Assembly: GCA_033442325.1 (NCBI GenBank)
Contig: JAWQFM010000020.1
Coordinates: 969,863 to 1,033,862, forward strand
Length of the DNA: 64,000 nt
Reading direction: 5' to 3'
From: Salpingoeca rosetta
Taxonomy: Eukaryota > Protista > Choanoflagellata
Each line of letters opens with the position of its first letter. Within the stretch, counting starts at the first letter, position 1. Position numbers and translations under genes: made by a program. Shown here in pieces: positions 45,261 through 57,349 of this stretch. The notes under the pieces are model-generated. The model made no database searches, had not been told where the DNA came from, and saw only the letters and a program-made list of their open reading frames with translations.

Positions 45261-46169
45261 GATGATACATGTGTAGATAGAGAGAGACAAACATATGATA
45301 CACATGTACAGACAGACGGACACACATGCACACATACATATGACATGCACGTACACATGGCATGCACGTGTGCCTGACCAGTGCTCGACGTTCTTCTTTC
45401 GCCCAGTGAAAAAGTTGTCCATGACGGTGACCTCGTGGCCCTGCTTCATCAGCGCATCCGTCAGGTGCGACCCAACAAACCCTGCAGCGTGTACACAGGT
45501 GGAGGGTGCGAGTGAGTGAGTGAGTGAGTGAGTGAGTGAATTGGGTTTACACAAATGGCGTGGGTGGAACCGATGCAGTTGAGAGCTAGGCAAGCGGACA
45601 AGCAAGCAGACACGGAGCAGAGGCGAGAAGCACCCTGTACATAAGAACACACACAGCCACACACAGCCACACACAGCCACACACAGCCACACACAGCCAC
45701 ACACACACAGACACAGACGTGTTGCAGACCTGCTCCGCCTGTGATGAGGATGCGCTTGCGGTCGAATTCGTTGCGCGGGACGACGCTGGGGAAGGTGTTG
45801 GTGCTGGCGTTGCGGAGGTCAAGCAGCTGCTGCTTCAACCGGCTCAGCTCCCGCTTGCTGCACATGGTGGTGGTGATGGCCGTGTTGATGACGTGAGCAC
45901 GTGCGAGAGACCCCAGCGAGTGCACATGTGTTGTGTGTGTATGGGGGCGGGAGGTGTGATAGTGGTGGCACGCGAGTGTTTGACCGATGAGTTGCCAACG
46001 CCATCACCAGCAACAGTGCCAGCGCCAGCCAGCCAGCACGGCAAGACTTACGCCTTGTCCATTTCCCGCTGGGTCTTCTCGAGGTTGCGCACGTGGTCCT
46101 CCAGCGCGCTCTCGCTGCAAAGCCAGCACATCAAAGGTCGCACACACCAGCCATCAGCACGGTCGCGCT

Positions 46170-46216
<47 letters not shown>

Positions 46217-46860
46217 GTAGACATGCAGAGACATGCACATGCACATGCATACACTCACGTACACACCTCCTTCGGATTGCATCTTCCGTGTCATCTTCCT
46301 TGAGCTGCTGTGAGTTCATCGGCTCAATTGGTACGCCCCGCGTTAGAACCACTGGGCAAAAACAGGCATCAGGGGGGCGTGTGAGGTCGAAGGGAGTGCG
46401 TCACAGTGTGCAAGCGAGGATGTCGGGTTCGCGACAATTGTCTTTGTCTCACTGCCATCACGTGAGCACACGCGCAAGTTTCAAGCCCACTCACCGAGGA
46501 GAACCAGCGCGCTCACTGCGAAGAACACAGCGAACCTGGATGGCATGAAGGCAGATGGAAACGGACACGAGGTGAAGGTGACAATGAGAGTGAGTGAGGC
46601 GGAGACGAGGGAACAGAGAGGAAGGAAAGACAGACAGGCAGGCAGACGGACAGACAACCAGACGGACGAACAGACGAACAGCAAAATACACAGACACAGA
46701 CACACAGACACACAGACACGCACAGACACGCACAGACACACACAGACACACACAGACAGACAAGACAGCCAAGCACATCGATCCCGTCCCACATCCTCTC
46801 CATCAGCACGCACTTTTTGGAAGCGGTGTCGGCGCCCATGGCTCGAAGTGTCACTCCCAT
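43154..46860 (-). CDS. UXS1: UDP-glucuronic acid decarboxylase (UDP-xylose synthase), type II membrane protein
   Basis: N-terminal anchor [14 protein letters not shown]; RILITGGAG|[39 protein letters not shown] (SDR YxxxK), [19 protein letters not shown]; stop at 43154-43156. Confidence 0.95.
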
Positions 46861-47720
46861 TGAGATCTGTTACACACCGAGATCTTGAAACAAACCCACA
46901 AAAGGAAAGGAAAAAGGAATGATAAAGACTCTGTTAGAGAGAGCCGTGTCAGCAGAGATCAGCTGTTGCAGCGACAACGTTGATGGGGAGGCGAGGGAGA
47001 CGAGGGATAGACAGGCCAGTCGAGTTCAACGCATCGAAGACAGAGAGTGTCACAACAATAATGGCAAAGAGATAAATGGCGCGCGCCACAGCGGTACCAA
47101 CAGTACATCGTCACAACCACAGCTGCCACAGCTGCCACAGCTGCCACAGCTGCCATAGCTGCACTGTGTTCTCTCACCTGACCAGGCAGCTTAAAGTGCG
47201 CTGCCGGTGGCGATGTCCGTGCCGTGTTCAAGGTCACAACTATCACAACTATGTCTGGCACAACCTCTGGAATCACAAACGTTGCGTTGGCGTTGGAGAG
47301 GTGCGGTTGTTGGCGCAGCGTGCAGATGGATTTGATGCAGCAATCATCAAGCAAAGCAAAAGAATGCGAAACGTTTTTTCACTTTTGTCATGTTGTGAAT
47401 CTTGCAGACGACAGACGACACACAAACACATGCATGTTCATGGATTGTGGGGAGTTGCACGAAGGACCGCCAACCAGCAACAATAAACCCCACCAGCAAC
47501 ACAGCGAGAGCACTGCACACGAACGGCAACTACCGATCCAGCAACACAGCACACATCAACAGCGTGCAAGGAAGAAAAGCTCGCCTTTGACAGAAGGAAC
47601 TGTTGGCTTGCTGACGACACCATCTAGCCATATACATTTATTCGCTCTCGACGGTTCTGCCATCGTCATCAACATCAGCACTCAACGCACAGCCGCAAAC
47701 AGCAGCACCGAACAGCAAAG

Positions 47721-49061
47721 ATGAACAGCAACACAAGCGCAAGCAAGTCTTCAGCGGCTGCGACATCAAAGCAGCACAGTCAGCATGGCAAAGCAGCAGT
47801 CTGCAGGAGCGCAGCCGTCGTGGGCGGTGGCGTGGCTGGCTTAGCGACTGCCATGGCACTGCGACAGGTTGGCGTGGAGGTGGTGGACGTGTACGAGGCG
47901 TACGACGTCTCTGCCGGCGTGGCGATTGGTGCGTGGCTCACCATCGCCGTCAACGGCTTGGCGGCCCTGCGTGAGCTTGGCCTTGACAATGCCGTCATGC
48001 AGTGCGGCTTCCCATCGGAGGAGATTGAGTTCCACAGCGGCAGCGGCAAGCACCTGGGACGGATCCCAATCGGCGGCACCCTGGACGACGGCACCGTCAC
48101 ATGCACGCTTCGCCGTGCGGATCTCTACCGCGTGCTGCTGGAGGAGGCCAAGCGACGCGGCGTCAATGTGCACTCGCGCAAGAAGCTGGCCCGTATTGAA
48201 TGGCAGACGACAGCGGACGGCACAGAGACCAACACAGCGTCCACCTTGACCTTTGAGGACGGCTCGTCCGTTCCTGCCGCAGACCTGGTTGTGGGCGCAG
48301 ACGGCATCCACTCTGCGGTGCGCCAGCACCTCAACGCAGACAGGCAGGTGCAATCTCGGTTCATGGGCATGGGCAACACGGGCGGCTTCCTGCCGCACGA
48401 GGTTGTGGAGAGCGTCATGGACGCGCGCACGAAGCAGGAGCTCTCACGCGGCCTCTACCGCATGCTCTTTGGCTACAAGTGCTTCTTCGGCTACACGGTG
48501 CACCCTGACACGGGCGACGTGTGGTGGTTTGCCAACCCTCCGCTCGACCACCCCTTGTCAAAGGAGGAGGCCAAGGCCGCGGACTGGCGCGAGCGCCTGG
48601 TGACCATGTTCGCCGATGACGCCGGGCCCGCGGCAGACGTGATCCACAACACGCCCGAGCACATCACCGTTGCCAGCCAGTACGACCTCCCGCACGTGCC
48701 CGTGTGGTACCGGGGCAACGTGGTGCTGCTTGGCGACGCTGCGCACGCGGCATCGCCGTCGTCCGGCCAGGGCGTGTCGCTCGGCGTAGAGGACGCGGTG
48801 GAGCTGGCGCGCTTTGTGCAGTGCCAGACCACGGTGGCAGATGCCGTGGCCGTCTTTGTGGCGCATCGTCGCCCGCGCGCGCAGCGCGTTGTTGAGTATG
48901 GGGCACGCATGAGCAGCCAGAAGGTGCCTGGCCCCATTGGGCGCTTCTTCAGGGATCTGATCATGCCGTGGATCCTGTGGTTGGTCAAGAACCAGACGCA
49001 GGACTGGCTGTTCTCCTACCGCGCACGCATCGCAGAGAACACTGAAGAGGCCACAAAGTAG
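47721..49061 (+). CDS. Group A FAD-dependent monooxygenase (UbiH/salicylate hydroxylase-like fold), intronless
   Basis: Single 446-aa ORF with VVGGGVAGL (Rossmann), VVGADGIHSAVR (DG motif), LLGDAAHAASPSSGQG (GD motif). Confidence 0.93.
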   Translation: MNSNTSASKSSAAATSKQHSQHGKAAVCRSAAVVGGGVAGLATAMALRQVGVEVVDVYEAYDVSAGVAIGAWLTIAVNGLAALRELGLDNAVMQCGFPSEEIEFHSGSGKHLGRIPIGGTLDDGTVTCTLRRADLYRVLLEEAKRRGVNVHSRKKLARIEWQTTADGTETNTASTLTFEDGSSVPAADLVVGADGIHSAVRQHLNADRQVQSRFMGMGNTGGFLPHEVVESVMDARTKQELSRGLYRMLFGYKCFFGYTVHPDTGDVWWFANPPLDHPLSKEEAKAADWRERLVTMFADDAGPAADVIHNTPEHITVASQYDLPHVPVWYRGNVVLLGDAAHAASPSSGQGVSLGVEDAVELARFVQCQTTVADAVAVFVAHRRPRAQRVVEYGARMSSQKVPGPIGRFFRDLIMPWILWLVKNQTQDWLFSYRARIAENTEEATK

Positions 49062-49196
49062 GGGTTGACATTGTGAGGGGTGGGGGGCGAGGAACAAGGG
49101 AGAAACCACCGATGACAGTGCGAACTGGACCAACGACGGTACGAACCGGTGGCAACTGCGTTTGGGTCCAAGCAACCCCACGATCCATCAAGCCAC

Positions 49197-49266
<70 letters not shown>

Positions 49267-49675
49267 TTCACTTGTCGTTGTTCCAGTGACAACCAAACCA
49301 AAACGTTCACGAACAGCCACGCCTTCGTTACGCATGCACATGCTGTTGCACATACATAGAGAACTGCCTGTACACATGATGTACAACAGCAAAGGCACAC
49401 AAGGAGGTGGAGAGCACGATGAACAAACAGAGAGGTCAGGCAGCGAGGGAGTGGAGGAGAAGGTCTGCATGCCCTCAGCGAGGAAGGACCACTTGACGGA
49501 AATTTAGCGATGATGCCAATCAAAACTCATCAACCGCCACCACACCACAACGCGACAGCCACAACAGCGCCTCTCCTTCACCACCCCATTCCACCCACCA
49601 CCACCATCACCCCAACAATCATCGGTCCTCTGAAGCGACTGTAGTGTGCTCTTGTGCTCTTGCTCACACACTGCG

Positions 49676-50649
49676 ATGGCACGGCAGCGGTGTTTGCTGT
49701 GGCCGCTGTCATCGCCATGCCGCATCACCGCCTCCTGCGTCCACCTTCTCTTTGCTTTGCTTCTGCTGCTGTTGAGCGCACCGGTTCTGACGCCCGCACA
49801 AACCACACCCATATCCACAACTGCAAGTGCAACTGCAACTGCAACCACCACCTCGAATACGACAACGACAACAACAACTGTTGCGTTTTGGCACTGTGCG
49901 AGCTCGACATGGCCCAACGGGGATGAGGATACGCTGGGAGTGTTGGCTGACATGGCGCTGAAGCACGTGCTGGCCGATGAAGCCACGTTGGTCAACACGG
50001 TGGACATTAGTGTGCGGCGTGCAGCGGCGTGGTGGCGTGACGCCGACGCGCAGTTTGGCGGATCTTCGCCAAACATCATCGTCTTAGCGTGCCCAGAGAT
50101 CCCTCTGCGCTGGCAGCTGCTGCTTGCCGACTTGCTCGTGGGCAGCAGCAGCAGCTCCTGCGCGCTGGAGACAATGGGCGCGGACGTGGACGTGGCGCAT
50201 CTCGTGCCGTCTGTCTGCTTCTTCACCCTGCGAGCGGATTTCACCTCCATCGCCGACACCGTGATTCGAGCAGCCTCTCCGATCCATCCCGTGTTCATGC
50301 TGGTGGACGACAACCAAGTGGAGGCTGTCCTTGACATTCGGCGCACCATCCTCGCCGAAAGCAACAACGATGACGACCCAGAGGTTCCCAAGCGTGACAC
50401 CACCATGCCCATCGTGCCAGTCAGAAACTCGCTCACCGAGACGGTCGATGCCCTGGTCATGTCCGTACCAAGTTCCGTTGTTCTGCTTGCTCGCCCAAGC
50501 GCCAACCGTGCTGCCCACCTCAACATCGTCGCCACCACCCTCGATGCCAACAAGTCCGTCTTGTGTGTGTGTGTGTAGTGTGTGTGTGTCTGTGTGTGTG
50601 TGTGTGTAGTGTAGTGTGTGTGTCTGTGTGTGTGTCTGTGTGTGTGTGT

Positions 50650-50697
<48 letters not shown>

Positions 50698-50921
50698 TGG
50701 AGTGAGTACACGTGTGTGTAATGTGGGTGTTCGTTGGGGTGCAAAAAACCCCTGTGTGTTGTCGCCCCTGTTGTCCACCCACCCCTGTCCCTCAATATAC
50801 CTGGGTCATGCGTATATCCGCAGTCCCATCTTCCTGTGCATGCATTATCTCACCCACACTCGTTCATGCAATCGCACACACACACATACACACACATACA
50901 CACACATGCACACACACTCAC

Positions 50922-50995
<74 letters not shown>

Positions 50996-51972
50996 CAGGG
51001 TGACGCTGGCTGTCCTGGCATGGAGTGAGCTGGACATTTTGAGGAGCGTTTCGGTATCACCCAACACGTGCTCGGTTCATCTCTTCGATATCGACTGTAG
51101 CCTCGCAGAGAAAGCGACGGCCATCTTGCGCGTGCCCGTGCCTGCAAGCACGAACCCAAGCGCGCCAGAATGGCAACAGTTCCTTTCACAGTTGCTCTCT
51201 GATGACGAGAGGGGCAACGCATCCACATCCGCCACGGTTGCTGCCGCATGGGACGCGGCACAGATTATCCAGCAATCCATCACAGCGACAGCACAAGATG
51301 ACCGCCCAGGAAGCAGCGGTCGCTTGCAGTTTGTGCTCAACTCCACTGGCTTTGATACGACATTCACAGGCCGCGTGCACCTCCGCACTCTCCCCTCCTC
51401 GTCATCGTCATCATCGTCATCGTTTCCGTCACCACTGGCAGCCGTGCCCTCGGCCATGTGGATTGCCACAACAGCCGCCTGCGCTCTACCAGACGCAGGC
51501 GGGGTGTGTGCCGCGCAATTCAAACGCACGTCTGTTAACGCCACAGGCACAGCACTGCTGTCGTCGACGCTTGCGCTGTTGCCGCAGCGGCTTGTGCTTC
51601 GTCTGGCTGTGGCGCTACCACTGACTGTGCCTGGGTACAGCACTGGCCGCAGTGCAGAGTGGCGGGCGGCAATCGACGTGGCAGCAGAGGGGCTGGGCCT
51701 CACCAACAACGGGCTCGTCACCATCAAGACAACCGTCTTTGACACCAACGCAGACTGCTTCCAGGTTTGCGGGCGTTGGGAGAGGGGGTAGGGGATGGTC
51801 GTGTGGGTTTGTGTTGGTATTTTTTTTTGTGTTGTAAGAGTGTGCGCGTGCGCTGATGTTATAATGATGGCAACATGTGATGAGATTGCCCTTCCTCTTT
51901 GCAATATTGTGAACACTCATGCATATTCATACATATTCATACATGTACGTATACGCACGCACACACTCACTC

Positions 51973-52004
<32 letters not shown>

Positions 52005-53063
52005 ACAAACACACACAAACACATACACACACTCACAGCTTGGGCGCACGATTGGGCAGCAGTCGTTCCACGCGGTGATTGGTGCCGTGCGGTCGTCGTG
52101 TTCTGGTCCGCTCTCCCTCGGCCTTCGCCCATATGGCGTTCCTCAGGTCTCCTTCGCATCCACGGCCCCATCCCTCTCCAACACCACGCGCTACCCGACG
52201 CTGTTCCGCATACCGCCGTCCGACCTCCACCAGGGGCGTGTGCTTGAGCTGCTGTGTCGCCGCTTCAACTTCACGCACGTGGCCGTGCTCATGCAGGACG
52301 ACACATACGGGCAGGGCCTCGCTGCTGCGTTTGCAGACGCGTTCCTCGCCAACAACGGCACCATCACATTCAGGGGCACCATCCCCGCAGGCGACCAGCC
52401 CCACTCGCTGTTTCGCGGTCTCCTGCAGCAGGCGCGCGCGTCCGGGACCAGCGTCATCCTCACGTTTGCTCTGCTGGTCCCGACACGACAAATGTTCGCA
52501 GCGGCCGAGGAATTGGGGATGCTGGGGGAGAACTGGGTGCATCTCACCGTCGACGCAAACACGTTTGCAAACACCGCGTAAGCTCAAAGCACCGCGTTTG
52601 CCTTGCATCGGCTCTGCTTTTCCTTGGCCTCGTGGCTCAAATGTACCGATGGAATTGTGCGCATGGCGTGATTCTGCTTATGTGTTGTGTGCTTCTTCGT
52701 TTGTGATCAGGCACAACGTCATGCTTCCTCACATCCCATACAACACAACACACACACACACACACACACAATCGATTCATGAAACAGGGCGGAGGACACG
52801 GTGATTGATGGTGTGGTTGGGGTGCGTCCACGCACTGGTGCTGGCGCTGTCTATGAAGGCTGGCTTAACTACACCAGCGCTTCAGGCGTACGTAATGGCT
52901 GCACATGCCTTGCTTGTTATGCTATGTTTGTGTTTCGCATGAGAAACACTTGACGTCCACACTCACGCACACGCCATCAATTGATCTTGTGCTTCTCACG
53001 CTTGTGTTGCTCACACCGTTGTGCATGCACGCATACACCTTCTCCCTCCCTCTATGTGCGTGC

Positions 53064-53150
<87 letters not shown>

Positions 53151-53636
53151 CGTGCGTGTGTGTGTGTGTGTTTGTGCGTGTGTGTGCACAGGTTGGAGAG
53201 GCATTTCGGCGCCGCTTCTCGCTGCCCACCGGTGATGGCGGCTTCAACCCAAACACGTGAGTGATCGTGTTGTGGCACTACCCCGAGTAATATTTTTTTT
53301 TGTGAATTATGCAAGTCGTGCTTCACTTGCACACCGCTCTCACTTGCGCGCTTCCACCTGCACACTCACACGCTCACATGCGCTCACACGTTCAACCTGC
53401 ATTGTTTCACACACCCTTTCAGTTACGTCCCCCACAGCCTGGATGCGGTGCAAGTGCTGCATGTTGCTGCAACGCGTGCTGTGGAGAGCAAGGCAACCCT
53501 CTCCACCTTCCCGTCGGTCTCCCTCGTGCGCACGAGTGTTCTCCATGAGTTACAGGCCATGACTGACCCTGCGCTCGGATTTCGCGGATCAACGAGCTCG
53601 AACGTGCGCCGCAACCACTGTTGCATTGCTGGATAC

Positions 53637-53679
<43 letters not shown>

Positions 53680-55758
53680 TGTGTGTGTGTGAATCTTTCT
53701 TTGTTTAAATGTGGGTTTGTATGTGCATGAGTGGACGAATAATGCCTTGTTGTTCTGCTTGCACTCATGCAGCACACACACACACACATACACATCACGT
53801 CTGCGCATGGCATCAATGCAGGTGTACTTCTCGCCCGAGGGCGATGGGCGCATCGTGTATTCAATTGCAAACGTCGCCGACAACCTCCTCCTTGGCGTTG
53901 GTGTTGCAGATGAGGTCGAGTCGCGTCTGCGGCTTTCGCTGCAGCAGCCAATTGTCTGGGGTGGTGGGAAACCTGTGCCGCCATCCACATTCTCCGTCGT
54001 CAGAAGGTATGCTGGAGTATGTGTCTGTATGTGTGTGTGTTTGTGTGTGTGTGTGCGCGCGTCTGTATGTGTGTGTCTGTATGTGTGTCTATATGTGTGT
54101 CTGTATGTGTGTTTGTGCATCTGTGTGTGTCTATGATGGAGTGGGAAAGCAAGACTGTCGTTGCACCGCCAACACGTGCGCAATCACTACGTGCGAGTTC
54201 ATCTGTCTCACAACCTACCATCACCACCACCATCATCAATCACCCCCACCCTCCCCCTTTCGAAGAACCATCACGGTTGCGTGCCTTGCGCTTGTGGATG
54301 AGAGCGAGCTTGAGGACGAGTTGGCAGCGGCCTGCACGTGGTCCGCGGGTATCGTGTCCAACCTCAACAACATCGACGTCACCGCCAGCATCATCACGCG
54401 TGAGACGGTGCTTGGTGCAGAGGAGGCAGGTAGCGCCCACACCTCGCTGTTGTCGCTGGAAGCACACATGCGGTTGTGCAACAGGACGCAGGAGTATCTT
54501 CTCAATGCCACGCTTGAGAAGGATTTGGTGGCTGTTGTGGGCGTTGTGCCCTCGCTCTGTCAGCAGGACTGGGCGCCGCAGCTCACCCTCTTGGGGCTGC
54601 CGCAGTTTGTCGTGTCATCCTTTCCTCGCCTCAACCCTTCACCATCAACAACACCGCCAACAGCGTCACAGTCGTCACAGCAAGCGGGCACGGGCAACAG
54701 TACAAGCACAACGGGTAGTGGTGGTGATGACGATGATGATACCAGTGGTGTCGGCGGTGATGGTGGCTTCAATGACGCAGGCGCCAATGACGATGATGGT
54801 GCGACGCGCCAGTCGCCGCTGTTCCTGCTCGATGGCAGCGCGCATCTTCACATTGATCAAGTGCTCCTCGTCCTGCGCAACAACAACTGGACCCGCTTCT
54901 CTGTGCTCTGCCACAATACCCTCGTGCCGCACACGCAGGAACTGATGTCAGTCGCCCGCAACCACGGCTTCAACCCGCTCGGTTTCACACCGGCGCCAGA
55001 GGCCGCCACACACAACAGCACGGCACTGCAGCTCCTGATGCAGCGTCATCGCACCCTTGACGCAAGCATCACCATCGTCCTCGCTCCCGACTTTCTCCAC
55101 GCGGACGCTTACTTGCGGGTGTGTGGGTGCGTGTGTGTTGTGTGTGTGTGTGTGTGTTGTGTGTGCTTATGTGTGTGTGTGTCAGCTTTGCGGTTTCTGC
55201 TCTTTGTGTTGTATTTGAACTTGCATCGTCTGCAGATGCTTTGCCCTCACGAAGTCCTCATTGTTGCCATCATTCTCACCTCATATGACCACCTCAACTG
55301 CACTTTGTCGCTTCTCTGTACTTAGGCTGCAGAACGTGCCTTCATCACGGGCGAAAATTGGGCGTGGATCCTCGCTTTTGGTAAGAAGCAACTGCTTTGG
55401 TCGGCATGCTTGCAAGCAGCAAATACATTGATTCCCACGGCCTGCACAACCCTTTCTTCTTCAACTGCTATCAGCAACATACATTGTCCGCAATCACAAT
55501 CATACACGCGTCAACAATTTACACGCACTCACGCACAAACACACACACACACACACACGCATACACGACGTGATGCTGCGCAGGGAGCTGGCGTGGCATC
55601 CACTTCAGTCGCACTGTCACCTTTCGCGATGGTGCGTGTACATGACATGTACGCTTGCTTCTGCTGGCTTTGTGTGCTGACCCGAGTTAACGTCTTGATC
55701 GCCGCTAGACCAGTGCTGGTGATGTTATGCTGTCCATCGCATCAATTCCACCACCACC

Positions 55759-55798
<40 letters not shown>

Positions 55799-57264
55799 CC
55801 AACACACACACACACACATCCGAACACACGCATGGCGCTAACTCCCAACCCCCAACTTGCTCACATCTCAACACACACGCGTGTACGCCACCATGCGCAG
55901 CTGTTGTTGTGCTGAGTCCGCCTTCAGGCAGCGGCATGGCATTCCAGAACTTCCTGCCGAGCACGTCCACGTCTGCTGGGCGCCTCTTCTCCTTCTCCTT
56001 CCAGTCAGCGGGGATTGCAGGCGACATTGGGCCCTCGCTGCTGTCGCTTCGCGTGCATGACGGCATGCTGGTGCTGGCCCGAGTGCTTCAGGATGCAGTG
56101 GAGCGTCGACTGATTGACTACCGCCAGTCCCCTGCTGACCTCCGCGCTGTCATCGTGCACGAGACAAATGCCGCCCTTGACAGCAACCACAAGCAGCAGA
56201 ACTGCGATGAAGACGGTGGTTTGGGTTTGCAGCTCACGTCTGGCCTGTGTGTCTCGCGCGCAGACAACTTTGGCCGCGTGCACGACGTGCACACGACTCC
56301 CACAGCCAGCGCCAACAGCGCCAACAACATCAACACCACCCACACCACCACCACCCACACCACCACCACCCACACCACCACCACCCACACCACCAACAGC
56401 ACCGTTCACGAGCTGCCCATGATGACAGCTGATACCGTGACGGTGCTGGATCCTGGTACGCAGGTGCTGAACGTTGGTGCCGGCGTGTTCACGGAAGCAG
56501 GGCGCATTGCGGGCGGCCGCGTCACCATCAGCAAGCGCATCATATGGGGTGCTGGTGCCCTGCACCCGCCCAGCGATGTGCCCGTGCTGGTGGCGGAGGT
56601 GCTGGTGAAGTATGTTGTCATTGCACCGCTCTCCCGTGCGCTGACGGAGCAAGAAGGGCTGCTATACGACCAGCTGGCTTCCATTTCCACCATTGTTCCG
56701 TCCCTGAACCAACTGACAGGCTTCTCCGACACGCTGACAGTCCGCATTTTGCCGGTGCGCCTCAATGTGGACGCTTGTTCCTTCCTCTCCCCGCCAATGC
56801 AGCCGGACAATGCAGCCGACATCTGGGTTGTGGTTGGTCCGGAATCATGCATCCTGTCCATGGGGCGCATGGCGCGCCGCTTCCACCAACCACTGATGGG
56901 CGTGGTCACTGCGTACGACATTGGGCTGTCGCCGCAAGACTCAAACCTGCTGCAACAATGGAGCATGCCTGCAAATGCGTCTCAGGCCGCCAACAGGCCA
57001 CAGGCGCGTGACGTGACGAGCGGTCGTGAGGATAACGTGCGTGAAGGTGCTGCGGGCGCCCGTGGAAAGCCATCGCCAATGACGCAACACCGCAGATCAA
57101 CAGACACTGCTAAATCACCACACACACCTGCGAGCAGCAGCAGCAGCAGCAGCCGCAAGCACGGCAACAATGAGGGCAGCAGAACCAAACGCAACAACAA
57201 CAACAACAGCAACAACAGCAACAACAAGACCCTCAAGCTATCAACCATCATGCACCAGAACACC

Positions 57265-57349
<85 letters not shown>

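Noticed and set aside
56580-56640. [18 protein letters not shown] as the receptor transmembrane helix
   Set aside because: It contains Glu and Lys and is followed by further VFT-like sequence, so it is more consistent with the first beta-strand of another VFT unit.
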